Virus record (IMG/VR): IMGVR_UViG_3300008954_000001
Strand: one strand, 5' to 3'
DNA from: a virus
Lineage: Duplodnaviria; Caudoviricetes
Length of the DNA stretch: 64,000 nucleotides
Both the position numbers and the translations under genes were made by a program. Below, in pieces: positions 44,506 through 54,289 of the stretch. Each line of letters opens with the position of its first letter. Position 1 is the first letter of the stretch. Under the pieces are notes generated by a model. The model was not told the origin of the DNA. It ran no database searches and was given only the letters and a program-made list of their open reading frames with translations.

Positions 44506-46763
44506 GACCTCACCTTTGGAAAACCCACATCGTTGGGATGAATACATTGTTGTGTAGGTAGGTGCAGCCACATTTCTTGTGTTTGGTGTGTACCGCACTG
44601 CGTTGGTTTATGTTTCAGTTTTGAGAGAGATTGAAACTGAAACACTCCAAAAGCAGCGGGAGAGAACCGCATAGTTCTATGAATAGGTAACAATAGGGGA
44701 TCAATCGAATAACTGTCCCATAACCAAGCCCCTTGCTGGGCATCTTCGCCACCACAAGCGGTTTCTTCAAGGATATCCATAAGGTTGTCGAACATCACTT
44801 GTGGGTTCGCAGTAAGCTGAAACCAAGACCCGCCAACGGAAACAGGCTCCCACCCAAGAGGGCCAATTTGCCCCCCACCACCCGATTTGCTGAAAGTGTA
44901 GATGGATAAATCATCCGCAGCGGCGGCCCACTCTTGGATAAGGGGTTGTGTTGTCATGGGGTTAAGAAAACTTTGGCCGTGTTCATCAGAGAAGATAATT
45001 ACGACGTGGTGAACATCCTCTCGCCAATTGATATGCCAGTTATCAATGCTGGGATCAGACCCCACTCCGAAGCCCCCCCAATTCAGTGGGGGTAGTGCGG
45101 GCACATCTCCAGGCTCAACCAGATTTCTAATGCTCAAAAGCAAAGCATCGTAAAGCATCTCGCTGCTCGTGGGTTCATCATCTACCGTCGCCAAATGCCC
45201 CAAGAACTGATTGAAGGGAACGAGATTGGTAGCCAAATGAAGAGTGTCATCGAAGTTTTGATCGATTGGCCCAACCACCAAACCCCATTGGACAACTTCT
45301 TGATCCGCATAATGGGTTGAAAACATACCCATCGCTTGCTGAACAGCATTGATTGTAGAGGACATGGAGCCAGAGGTGTCCACGATGAAGAGGACATCGG
45401 TGTCTTCTAAGACATTTTCAATGACTCCATCACAGTTGTCATCCTGACCTGTGCATAAGTCTTCTTCCAGCGGCGTAACTTCTCCCAGACACATGTCTTC
45501 AACGAAAAACTCGTCTACAAAGTTGCCCCACTGACCACTTACGCACAACATATCCCCAGGAGCGCAAACCCCAACATTCACGGTTCCTTCTGGCCCTGTG
45601 TAGCATTGGGCCATCAAATCCTCATCGATCAGTTCGTCGCAATCGTCATCAAAGTTGTTGCAAATCTCCTCCACAGGAGTCCCGCCTGTTGGGTCACACA
45701 CTTCGTTTGGTTCGGGCAACCAATGGCACATAGCAAAACATTGTGTCATTTGAGTTGTTACACAGTTTTCATCGGCGCACTCGCAGGACTTGAACCCTTG
45801 TCCACAAAGGAGCGGGTCTTCCATGCACGGGATCAAGAACCCGATCATTTCGGGCGGGCAAGCACAATCCAGCCCATCATCGATCAGCCCATTACAGTCG
45901 TCATCTAATCCGTTGCACTCTTCGGGCATCGGGGGCTGTGCGGTGCATCCTGTCCAAGCTCCCTCAATGCAAAATTCAACCCCTTGCTCACAGTCGGTTT
46001 CACACCCTTGAAGCAACTCTTCGTCTGTCAATGCGTCACAGTCGTTATCGAGGCCGTCACAAACCTCTGGGACGGGTAGAGGGGCATCGCAAAGGACTAA
46101 CTCGCCTTCGATGCAAAGAGCGTTTCCTGGCCCACACTCGGACTCACAGGGGTACTCCCCTTCGTCCACGACTCCATCGCAATCGTTATCTATCGCATCA
46201 CAGATTTCGACCTCACACGGAACACAAGGGCCAGCCATGATCTGCCCCTTCTCGCAGGTGAAGTCTTGAAGTCCTGTATATTCCTCCCCGTTCTCATCTA
46301 TGTCCGTGCAAGGGACATCTTCATTGACGATGATATCTGGGTTGGTGGGATCACACTCAAGCCAATTTTCACACTCTCCCATACTGACCACTTGCCATTG
46401 GCAGTCGGGGTCGTTGGCGAAAGCGGGGGTACAAGGCTCTCCGTTGGCATCGCAGACATCTAAAACCAAGGCTTGCATATAGAGGGCGGGATCGTCTCCG
46501 GGAGGGTGGCCGTCAGGGGTGCAAAAGAACATTTGGGTTTTCCAGCACTGCTGCTGGTATTCATATTCTTCCCCACAATGACAAGGTACGCCGCAGCATC
46601 CCGAATCCGCTTCCTCATCGGGGGTATCCGCATCTATGAAGGGAATGTCGGCATCTGAAGGGGTGGATATTCCCCGTTCAGGCACATCGGCTTCGTTCCC
46701 GCTTCTGTTTTCCGTACACCCGAAAACGGCCAATACCGCCAACAACCACAATGTTTTCTTCAC
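44439..46763 (-). CDS. lipoprotein with five Cys/Asp (MopE-type) repeats and a vWA domain
   Basis: Lipobox AVFG-C; EICDAIDNDCDG-type repeats x5; DVLFIVDTSGSMS MIDAS; VIIFSDE. Confidence 0.8.
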   Translation of the reverse strand: MKKTLWLLAVLAVFGCTENRSGNEADVPERGISTPSDADIPFIDADTPDEEADSGCCGVPCHCGEEYEYQQQCWKTQMFFCTPDGHPPGDDPALYMQALVLDVCDANGEPCTPAFANDPDCQWQVVSMGECENWLECDPTNPDIIVNEDVPCTDIDENGEEYTGLQDFTCEKGQIMAGPCVPCEVEICDAIDNDCDGVVDEGEYPCESECGPGNALCIEGELVLCDAPLPVPEVCDGLDNDCDALTDEELLQGCETDCEQGVEFCIEGAWTGCTAQPPMPEECNGLDDDCNGLIDDGLDCACPPEMIGFLIPCMEDPLLCGQGFKSCECADENCVTTQMTQCFAMCHWLPEPNEVCDPTGGTPVEEICNNFDDDCDELIDEDLMAQCYTGPEGTVNVGVCAPGDMLCVSGQWGNFVDEFFVEDMCLGEVTPLEEDLCTGQDDNCDGVIENVLEDTDVLFIVDTSGSMSSTINAVQQAMGMFSTHYADQEVVQWGLVVGPIDQNFDDTLHLATNLVPFNQFLGHLATVDDEPTSSEMLYDALLLSIRNLVEPGDVPALPPLNWGGFGVGSDPSIDNWHINWREDVHHVVIIFSDEHGQSFLNPMTTQPLIQEWAAAADDLSIYTFSKSGGGGQIGPLGWEPVSVGGSWFQLTANPQVMFDNLMDILEETACGGEDAQQGAWLWDSYSIDPLLLPIHRTMRFSPAAFGVFQFQSLSKLKHKPTQCGTHQTQEMWLHLPTQQCIHPNDVGFPKVRSCPIERNLKNQTGTQKLFRKNK

Positions 46764-46766
46764 AGC

Positions 46767-47078
46767 TTACCCCTTCTTCTTTGCTCCCTTACCCGAAGAT
46801 TTTTTCTGAAAGCCCGACACAAAAACTTGATGTAGCAACACCCCAAAGGTCTGGATGGTCTTGTGCTCCATCTCGGCTTCCGCAAAGTGATTGAGGGCTT
46901 CAATCACCTCATGCCAAAAAGTTTCCCAAGCAAGGGAATCGGAGAGGCTTTTGTCCAAGTAGATCGACATCTTGTCCAGATCCCACATTCCGTAGGCTTC
47001 GGAATGTTCTACAAGGTCTTGTTTCATAACGACCTTTATTTCATGGCCGCCAATTTGAATTTTGCTTGGGATTTCCAT
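46767..47078 (-). CDS. zincin-like (ImmA/IrrE-related) small protein, degenerate HExxH
   Basis: YG.W......IYLD......WETFWHEVIEA. Confidence 0.55.
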   Translation of the reverse strand: MEIPSKIQIGGHEIKVVMKQDLVEHSEAYGMWDLDKMSIYLDKSLSDSLAWETFWHEVIEALNHFAEAEMEHKTIQTFGVLLHQVFVSGFQKKSSGKGAKKKG

Positions 47079-47080
47079 CT

Positions 47081-47908
47081 CTAATCTGCCTCTTTCTCCT
47101 TTGTAGGAGGACTTTTCATGGCCTTATCTTTGACAGATTCCATGACTGTCCGAATTCCTGCATAGGGGGGAGAAAAAGCGATATTCTCAAATCCGACCAG
47201 AGTGCCACTGGTGACTCCCACTAATTCACCGTTCTCATTAACGATGGGGGAACCAGAGCTACCGCTTTTTGTTGGGATTGTGTAAACGTCGTATGGGATC
47301 GGCACACCGCCCAAATCTGGGTTTGGTGGGGGGTATTCCGAAGTCGTTCCAGCACTCAAACCTTCCAGTATGGGCAGAAGGTCGGAGCCGAAGGTTCCTA
47401 AAGGAGCGGCCATGGCAAAGACTCTTTCGCCTCGCTTAGTGGGCCGTGGTGCCATTTCAAGGATGGCGGGAGGTCGCATACCTCTGATCTTTAGTACGCA
47501 AAGATCCAAACTCGGATAAATGTCTTCAACAGCCGCTTCGTAAGCGACACCGCCAAGAATCATTACTCGAACATAGGAACTGGTTTCGGGTTCAAAGAGT
47601 TCCCCATCAGGCCCTTGTAAGATAACTTTGTTCGGGGCACAGACATGGCCCGCCGTGATCCCCCATGAATCAAAACCATTTGTGGCGGCTATAAAACCAG
47701 AGCCAGAGAAGGAAGCCCGCCCAAGCTCCATGCACTGATCTCCCACACACGTAGAGAATACGACTCTCTTGATTACAAAGAGAAAGCTGTTGTGGGCGAA
47801 CTGAGAGGGGTTCATCCGAGCGGTGCGAGCACAGGATGTGGTTAAAATAAGCAGTAGCATGGTGCTGATTATTACAATTTGCCGTTTCATTCTTCCCTCA
47901 CAGGGCAA
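47081..47908 (-). CDS. trypsin-like (S1) serine protease, probable lipoprotein
   Basis: TAGHVC, DLC, GSSGSP catalytic triad; LLLILTTS-C lipobox. Confidence 0.85.
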   Translation of the reverse strand: MPCEGRMKRQIVIISTMLLLILTTSCARTARMNPSQFAHNSFLFVIKRVVFSTCVGDQCMELGRASFSGSGFIAATNGFDSWGITAGHVCAPNKVILQGPDGELFEPETSSYVRVMILGGVAYEAAVEDIYPSLDLCVLKIRGMRPPAILEMAPRPTKRGERVFAMAAPLGTFGSDLLPILEGLSAGTTSEYPPPNPDLGGVPIPYDVYTIPTKSGSSGSPIVNENGELVGVTSGTLVGFENIAFSPPYAGIRTVMESVKDKAMKSPPTKEKEAD

Positions 47909-49488
47909 AACATGGTCCCGATAGGACCGTCTTCGAGATCCACTAAAACACCCATCAAACCAGCTTCACTGGTGACGTAGCCTTTGCCCGAATGCCATGC
48001 GTCTGGCGAAGCAAGGGAGGGCAATAGATAGTGTCTAATGCCGCCGATTTCTTGGATGCGTTGATGATGTAGGTGGCCGCCAAAAGCGACGTGGTGCCGA
48101 GCTTTGCCCCAATCGGCCCGCCGTTCTTTTGCCATAATAGGCCCCAGGTCTTTGACCTTGGCCGTATCGCCATGTGTAAAACAAGCTAAGGTAGTGCCAA
48201 TAGACTGATACACACGCATCTGGTGGTTGCGAACCACCTCTACTCGATTGCTGCCCTCATATGCAGCGTGGAGATAAAGTAGGAGTGCGTGAGAGTTAGC
48301 CCGGTCATGGTTACCGGACATGAGCACAACTTTCACGGGAGCAACCTGTGAAAGAATATCGATATGCTCTCGTTGAAGTTCACAACCCGTCAAAAGAATC
48401 TCCAAAGCGGAGCCTTCCGAATCTTGGGGGGTGCCTTTCGTAGTCGCTTTCTCTGGCCCGATCCCATCAATGTGAAAGAAATCTGACCCTACGGCGACCG
48501 TAATACCTTGTGGTTGACCGGGTAATCGAGAGATCAAGTCTTCCGTACTTTGCATCAATCGTTTTCGGGCAATGGTTCGATTGTAATCGTGACCACTCTC
48601 TCCCGCCCATGAGTACATGCCCCAATGAAAATCTGTGGCTGAAGTGACTAACCAGTAAGGCTTATCCGCCCGATGGAGCTTCAACTTCGGGACCGTGTAC
48701 TCGGTGTGGAAATCTCCAACCCAACCTCGAATACGATTGAGAACTGTGGCCTCAAAATCCCACCAGCTTCGAGCGGCGGAGGCAGTCTCTCTGGCACCAA
48801 GCTCTTCCGTCTTGGTCGCCAAGGCTCCAAACTTTAGAGCTAAAGCGTCTTGCGCCAGTTCATCAACACCACGCTTTGCTACCTCTTCGGCTGAAAAGGG
48901 GGCTGAATCATGTGTGATCCCATGTGACTTAAGGTAGCCGACAACCCAGTTTCGAGGGAGGCCCGTGCGACGAGAGATCCCGTTCAGCGAAACAGGTTGT
49001 CCATCCCAATTTGAATACCAACGAAGAATAGAGCGATGGGCTTCACCAGATGTGGTTACCCATCCCTTTGCCTGTTGGATATATGTTTTGTAGGAGTCGC
49101 CCGCTTCGTCAAAGACATAGAGATTGTGCTCTACATCTATTGGCTCAAAGGCAAGGTCATCCGAGTTAGAGGCTTCTACCTCTAAGTCATCCTCTTCTAA
49201 TGTGTTATCGGACGAGGCTTGTAGGGCCTCGAAAAACCGGATCGTTGTTAAACGGTTCGGTTTGGTTGTTGGAGGGTTTGTATTTGGACCGCCCTCCTGC
49301 TTCACTCGTTTGATGCACAGGTCAACGTCCCATCGTTTCGGTTCGCTGCCCTCGGTCAGGGCCACTAACTGTATTAGGCCAGTACGACCTAATGGTACAG
49401 TGGCAACCTGATCTCCGTACTTCTCCCAGAGTAGGTCGGATCTTTCGCTCAAAGTAAAACCCCCATCCCGTAGCTTCGGGGTAGCCAA
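47887..49488 (-). CDS. metallophosphoesterase with N-terminal HTH-like region
   Basis: TDFHWG, GSDFFH, GNHD, FTHGD, GHLHH. Confidence 0.8.
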   Translation of the reverse strand: MATPKLRDGGFTLSERSDLLWEKYGDQVATVPLGRTGLIQLVALTEGSEPKRWDVDLCIKRVKQEGGPNTNPPTTKPNRLTTIRFFEALQASSDNTLEEDDLEVEASNSDDLAFEPIDVEHNLYVFDEAGDSYKTYIQQAKGWVTTSGEAHRSILRWYSNWDGQPVSLNGISRRTGLPRNWVVGYLKSHGITHDSAPFSAEEVAKRGVDELAQDALALKFGALATKTEELGARETASAARSWWDFEATVLNRIRGWVGDFHTEYTVPKLKLHRADKPYWLVTSATDFHWGMYSWAGESGHDYNRTIARKRLMQSTEDLISRLPGQPQGITVAVGSDFFHIDGIGPEKATTKGTPQDSEGSALEILLTGCELQREHIDILSQVAPVKVVLMSGNHDRANSHALLLYLHAAYEGSNRVEVVRNHQMRVYQSIGTTLACFTHGDTAKVKDLGPIMAKERRADWGKARHHVAFGGHLHHQRIQEIGGIRHYLLPSLASPDAWHSGKGYVTSEAGLMGVLVDLEDGPIGTMFCPVREE

Positions 49489-49516
49489 ACTTGGTTATTC
49501 TCTGTGCTTGCTTTAG

Positions 49517-49572
49517 TTTGGCCGCCCAAAAAGGGGGGAGATGTTCATTTGGCCGCCCAAGGGGGGGAGATG
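49517..49572. repeat. two-copy direct repeat with palindromic core
   Basis: TTTGGCCGCCCAA(AA)AGGGGGGAGATG at 49517-49543 and a near-identical copy at 49548-49572. Confidence 0.7.
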
Positions 49573-49667
49573 ACATGAAGCCACCGTTCATACACAGGGG
49601 AGCATAAAGGCCCTATCGAAACGAGGGTGGGGGCAGTACCCCCCAATCAACCCCCCTAAAGACTATC

Positions 49668-49699
49668 GGGGGGCTGATTTGTTATCGAAACGGTAAACT
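49668..49699 (+). promoter_or_regulatory. phage early-type promoter motif
   Basis: GGGGGGCTGAT-N11-ACGGTAAACT. Confidence 0.7.
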
Positions 49700-49759
49700 G
49701 GATAGTCCTCGAATTTGAGGATGGATAGCTCTTTGAAAAGGAGAAAAGGAGAAGATGGA

Positions 49760-50104
49760 ATGGAAAATAACCAGCAATTTTGGGAACTTTGGGGCAACTC
49801 AGAGGGCCAACGCTACTACAACTGCTCGAAATACAAGCGGATAGAAGGCTATACAGGAAACTCTTTGCATCGGTTTATTTTTGAGGATGAGGAAGGCATG
49901 AGGCTAAACGCTTGCTTTGAAGCGTATAAAACAAGCACTTCAGATGCTCCCATTATGGGGCTACGAATGCTTTCTCTAATCCGAGAAGATACGGGTGAGG
50001 CCGTAAAGGTTGCCCCCACTTTGCAACAGTCCTTGTTTGGATTGGCTTTGGCCGCTGTTGCAGAACAGGACAAAGAGATTTTGGAAAACCTACCTGCTTG
50101 GTGA
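49760..50104 (+). CDS. hypothetical protein
   Basis: AAGGAG SD upstream; follows promoter motif. Confidence 0.6.
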   Translation: MENNQQFWELWGNSEGQRYYNCSKYKRIEGYTGNSLHRFIFEDEEGMRLNACFEAYKTSTSDAPIMGLRMLSLIREDTGEAVKVAPTLQQSLFGLALAAVAEQDKEILENLPAW

Positions 50105-50118
50105 CGGTATGATTCCCT

Positions 50119-50775
50119 ATGCGGGGACGACTTATCACAGTCTGTGGTTTGATTGGGTCTGGCAAATCCACTTTCACAAGGGATTTGGCGGATATACTCA
50201 AAGCTGTCCCATTAAGCGAACCTGCTGGTGATGAGCGCAACCCCTACCTTCCGCTGTTCTATGCGGATCGAAGGCGTTGGGCCTTCACCATGCAGACGCA
50301 CCTTCTCCAGCAACGGAGTGAAGTCCACTGTCGGGCGTTCGAGGAAATCGAACGAGGGCGAGATGTGGTGATGGACTCCTCAGTGTGGCAAGACATGGCC
50401 TACGCTGACATGCTGCACCGCATGGGGCATCTGAATAAGTATGAGTACGACACCTACCGAGCTTTGGCACGGATGGTAGGTCGAGAAGCTATGCCGCCCG
50501 ATGTTTGTGTTTTTCTCGAAGTGTCTGTCGAAGAGTGTTTCCAGCGAATCCAAACCCGAATGGGTGAGCAGGTTGAACGAACCTGTGAGGGCGGTATCGA
50601 CCTCAATTACCTTAGGCACCTAAAAGATGCCATTGGCCACAACATCAGCAAATTAGAGAACCGAGTTATGTTCCCTTGGGGTGACTATCTACCCTGCAAA
50701 GAGGAGCGAATGAGCCGTATCTCAAATCTTATGGTTCTCATTGAGGATGTCTGTCCTACCGTTTGCTTGCATTGA
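50119..50775 (+). CDS. deoxynucleoside kinase family protein
   Basis: GLIGSGKST P-loop, SEP, FTMQ, PPDVCVFL, QRIQTR; the usual (D/E)RS motif reads DSS. Confidence 0.85.
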   Translation: MRGRLITVCGLIGSGKSTFTRDLADILKAVPLSEPAGDERNPYLPLFYADRRRWAFTMQTHLLQQRSEVHCRAFEEIERGRDVVMDSSVWQDMAYADMLHRMGHLNKYEYDTYRALARMVGREAMPPDVCVFLEVSVEECFQRIQTRMGEQVERTCEGGIDLNYLRHLKDAIGHNISKLENRVMFPWGDYLPCKEERMSRISNLMVLIEDVCPTVCLH

Positions 50776-50984
50776 GGGGCAGTTTTTAACGGGGGTTTTA
50801 TTCGGGTTTGATTTTGATCGAACCACAAAAACTCAGAATAACTTTTAGACTTAAAGTTCCAAAGCTGGGATCAAATAACGGGCCGCACCCCCCGAAGTAG
50901 CGGTTAGAGCAAGGCTTTAGCTCGATCCCGCTTGGGATCAATTCCCCTCATTTTTGCACCTTCGCAGATTTTGCCCCTAAACCC

Positions 50985-51018
50985 TTTATGGGGGGTTGCG
51001 GCAGAAACCCCCCATAAA
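50985..51018. repeat. 13-bp perfect inverted repeat between convergent genes
   Basis: TTTATGGGGGGTT-8 nt-AACCCCCCATAAA. Confidence 0.65.
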
Positions 51019-51085
51019 CAAAACAAAAGACCCCCGGCCCACTTATAGTAGGAAGGAGGTCTTTTTAGTTGTTGTGTTTAGGAAC

Positions 51086-52048
51086 TTACTTGTCGTCTTT
51101 TTCTTCGGGCGGGTCGTTGGAGAGAAGCACTTTGACTTCATCCTTCAACGCACTGTCCCAACCACCAGGACGACTGTTCATCTGACCCACATACAAGAGC
51201 TTCCCCTTGGTGGGGTTGATTGAAGTTGGTCGAGAACGCTGGTCACTTGAAAGCTGAAAGTAGAGTTCGCCTTTTTGACTGTAAGCGAAACGAGTCAAGC
51301 GACCTGTGTAATAGATGGCCTCTCGGTCCTCGCCCTTGGAGATACCTCGTTTGATGTACTGAGCAAAAGATTGCTGATCAGACATGCTCGGTGGATTAGA
51401 CCCACCTCGGAGATAGACACACTCAAGCACAAGACCGCTACGCTCCGAGCCAGAGGCCCCGATGCGAGCCATAGGAGTATGGCGATACATACCAGTAGAC
51501 TTACCTGTCTTCGTACCCTCAATCCGAACGGGAGAGCCAATCTTTGACCCGCTGGACTTATGGATTTGAACAAGGCAGCCGTCGCTTTCGACCTTGGTGA
51601 CTACGCCGTACTCTTCATGGTCGGCATAGTTGAACCTGTCGCAGATGTCTTGGTTAGCTTCTTCAGCACACTTGTACTTGTCGAACTTGACCATTTCACC
51701 AGCCCTGATCGGGCCTCGCTTACCCCCACCACTACCCTTGGGCTTAGGCTGGAGTGGAGCTTTACCGGAAAGCCGCTCAATAATCTGTTCGGTCTTACGC
51801 TCATCATACTTCTTGTTACGATCAACGACCCAAGCAACAAAGCGAGCCGTCTTTTCGTTGAAAGCGACCTTATCACCCTGCTCCCCACCAAACATGGCGG
51901 TCAGGATCTTCTCGGCTTGAATATCGTCGATATCCACATCAGCCAGATTGTTACTGGTAACAAGCGGGATAATGGTGTCCCGAATATCAGGGTTCTCATA
52001 GGCAAGACGAACAAGGTCTGCCCGCAATTCTTTTTCCGATTGGCTCAT
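51086..52048 (-). CDS. hypothetical protein with LVRLAxxNP tag
   Basis: N-terminal LRADLVRLAYENPDIRDTIIPLV; AAGGAG SD. Confidence 0.7.
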   Translation of the reverse strand: MSQSEKELRADLVRLAYENPDIRDTIIPLVTSNNLADVDIDDIQAEKILTAMFGGEQGDKVAFNEKTARFVAWVVDRNKKYDERKTEQIIERLSGKAPLQPKPKGSGGGKRGPIRAGEMVKFDKYKCAEEANQDICDRFNYADHEEYGVVTKVESDGCLVQIHKSSGSKIGSPVRIEGTKTGKSTGMYRHTPMARIGASGSERSGLVLECVYLRGGSNPPSMSDQQSFAQYIKRGISKGEDREAIYYTGRLTRFAYSQKGELYFQLSSDQRSRPTSINPTKGKLLYVGQMNSRPGGWDSALKDEVKVLLSNDPPEEKDDK

Positions 52049-52111
52049 TGGTTCACTCCTTGTGCGCTCGGCTCTGAACGTGTCGTTCGTATGGTGGAAG
52101 ATATAAAGCCC

Positions 52112-52348
52112 CTATCGAACGGGGTGGATGTCCCATGGGTAGAACCAACATAGTTCGTCTTCCAAATCCACCACGATCCGATTGTCTGAGCGATATACAT
52201 TTCCAACAGTGTCCTTTACGGTTCCTACTTTACCCGCATACTCCCCATTGATGACCCTAATGGTGTCCCCAATGAAGATTGTGTGAGATCGAGTGCCATG
52301 GAAACGAGCAAGACCAAACTTGGTATGTATAACCTCATCATCGGCCAT
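52112..52348 (-). CDS. KOW-motif protein
   Basis: GDTIRVINGEYAGKVGTV. Confidence 0.65.
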   Translation of the reverse strand: MADDEVIHTKFGLARFHGTRSHTIFIGDTIRVINGEYAGKVGTVKDTVGNVYRSDNRIVVDLEDELCWFYPWDIHPVR

Positions 52349-52372
52349 TTACTCGCCCCTAAAACACTCCTT

Positions 52373-53077
52373 TTAGCTGCTGACTCCCTTAGAGCCGCCG
52401 CCGACAGTATTTCCGCTTGCAAGAGGAGGATGACCACTGTTGTTAGACCCCCGCCGAGTACCATCGCTGACATCCGAACCAAGAGCCGAAGCCGCATTGT
52501 TAGTCTGAAGCGGGGCTGAACGAACCGCCTGCTTGCCTGCCAGCCGTGATGCTGGAGGGGCGGGGTGGTGTTCTGTACCGTCTCGGAAAGCGGGAGTTGT
52601 GGGAAGGGTGCCTGTACTGGAAATCAGTTGATTCAAGGCACCGCCCATATCGGCGGTAGTTGAGCCGTAGTACCACAGCTTACGAGCCGTAAGCTCATCC
52701 ACAACCAAAGTCGTGTAGATGGACGACACATACCCTCCAACCTCACCTTCACCAGCGGTGATGGCAGCGGTGAACTGTGTGACAGCGGAGTCGCCCGCTT
52801 CAATGTCTTCCAGAAGCACATCGTCGATGTAGAAGTAGAGGCCCGTGGCAGTCATTGTGCCCATTGTGCCTTCACCGTCAGTATCGGTGTGCTCACCATC
52901 CACAGCGTCATCACTGATAAGCAGTGCTTCAGTTACGGAATCGCCAGAATGGTCAAAAGTGTAAGTGTATCCAGCCTTCAGATTGAAATCTGGGGCGGCA
53001 ACCGCATCCAGATCACCGTCCTGTAGGGTGAATTCGGGGGTGCCGTCGATTTCTACGACATAAGTTTTCGTACCCAT
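52373..53077 (-). CDS. acidic virion structural-type protein
   Basis: PDFNLKAGYTYTFDHS...DGEH...LWYY resembles baseplate/fibre repeats of marine myoviruses; AAGGAG SD. Confidence 0.55.
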   Translation of the reverse strand: MGTKTYVVEIDGTPEFTLQDGDLDAVAAPDFNLKAGYTYTFDHSGDSVTEALLISDDAVDGEHTDTDGEGTMGTMTATGLYFYIDDVLLEDIEAGDSAVTQFTAAITAGEGEVGGYVSSIYTTLVVDELTARKLWYYGSTTADMGGALNQLISSTGTLPTTPAFRDGTEHHPAPPASRLAGKQAVRSAPLQTNNAASALGSDVSDGTRRGSNNSGHPPLASGNTVGGGSKGVSS

Positions 53078-53347
53078 GGGAAAAGTCTCCTTGTTGGTTC
53101 AGTTACAGCCAAGGGTGGCTGCTAATAGTGAGAGGCAATAAAGAATCCACCGAGATATGTCAGGTCAGGGCGAAACATTGGCGATGGCTACGGTCGAATT
53201 GGAACTCCGTTGCCCCTAAGAACGGGGTTTTTGTATGGATACGGAAAGTTTCGCCGTGGTCGATAAAACAGTAAACTTCAACCCCTAATGGGAGAGGGCC
53301 AATCGCAATAATGGTTCGCAAGACCTTCCCAGTCAGGTTTGTAAGCG

Positions 53348-54289
53348 TTAATGCCATCTTCGCCCTCGATATCGAGAGGCGACTTTGCGGGCGGTGTGTT
53401 TGAGGACTACGTTGGAAGCCCACATTCCGTAATCATCACGGGGGCCGTACTTGGCCTCATAGGGAATGTCATAGTCGGGGTCTTCATCTGGCGGCTCATA
53501 TCCTGGCTGATTCATTTCCCAAACATTCTCAAGATTCCGCCCTAAAAGAGCGAATGACCCATCCGAGTGTTCTTGGTGTATTTCCTCCAACTCGTCCATC
53601 TGCTTGTCCGTGTAGTCACGTCGTCGCACTTCGAGCCGATCCGCCATAGCGTTGTAGTCGGGCTTGGAGGGTTGTTTTTGAGGCCGCTCAGAGATGTTGT
53701 ACTTGCGGAACATCTTCTCTGCGAAAGCGATTTGCTTATCTGATGGCTGGCGAGTCTTAGCCCGTTTACCCACATCTTCGGCAAACCTCTGCACATAACT
53801 ATCGTTTGCGGCCTTCGCTGCGAGCCATAATTGACGGAGCCTTTCAAGAAACGTCTCATCTGAGGAATAACTTGAACCCGAACCGCCCGATTCCTGTTGT
53901 TTCGGCTCGGCTTCCTCACCACGCCCGATTCGGTCATAGAAATCAGGGTACTTTTGGTACACGCCTTCCCAATGCCGAACGCCAGCGAGCCAAGTCTTTT
54001 TCCAACCCTTTGTTCGCATAAAGGATTTGCGATCCTTTGCCTTCGCATTGAGAACCCGTCCCGTGATGCGACTGACAAGCGTGAGCTTCATGGAGGCTTT
54101 ACCAAGCCCTCGAACTTGGGAAGTCGCTCCAATAGAGGAGGAGAGCTTGATGGCCACGGAGTCACTGAGATGAATCAGATAGATCCCCGCAAACTTTTGA
54201 TCCCGTGACCAGTTCCTACCGAAGTTGCGGCGAAGCCACTCTTCTAACTCTTCACGAGAAATCTGAACATATCGATCACCAGCAGCCAT
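53348..54289 (-). CDS. hypothetical protein with KVASRY tag
   Basis: C-terminal TARKVASRY; coupled to the helicase stop. Confidence 0.65.
   Translation of the reverse strand: MAAGDRYVQISREELEEWLRRNFGRNWSRDQKFAGIYLIHLSDSVAIKLSSSIGATSQVRGLGKASMKLTLVSRITGRVLNAKAKDRKSFMRTKGWKKTWLAGVRHWEGVYQKYPDFYDRIGRGEEAEPKQQESGGSGSSYSSDETFLERLRQLWLAAKAANDSYVQRFAEDVGKRAKTRQPSDKQIAFAEKMFRKYNISERPQKQPSKPDYNAMADRLEVRRRDYTDKQMDELEEIHQEHSDGSFALLGRNLENVWEMNQPGYEPPDEDPDYDIPYEAKYGPRDDYGMWASNVVLKHTARKVASRYRGRRWH

Noticed and set aside
49517-49572. Possible mini CRISPR array
   Set aside because: Only two copies separated by 4 nt; no spacers, no cas genes; no array seen anywhere in the window
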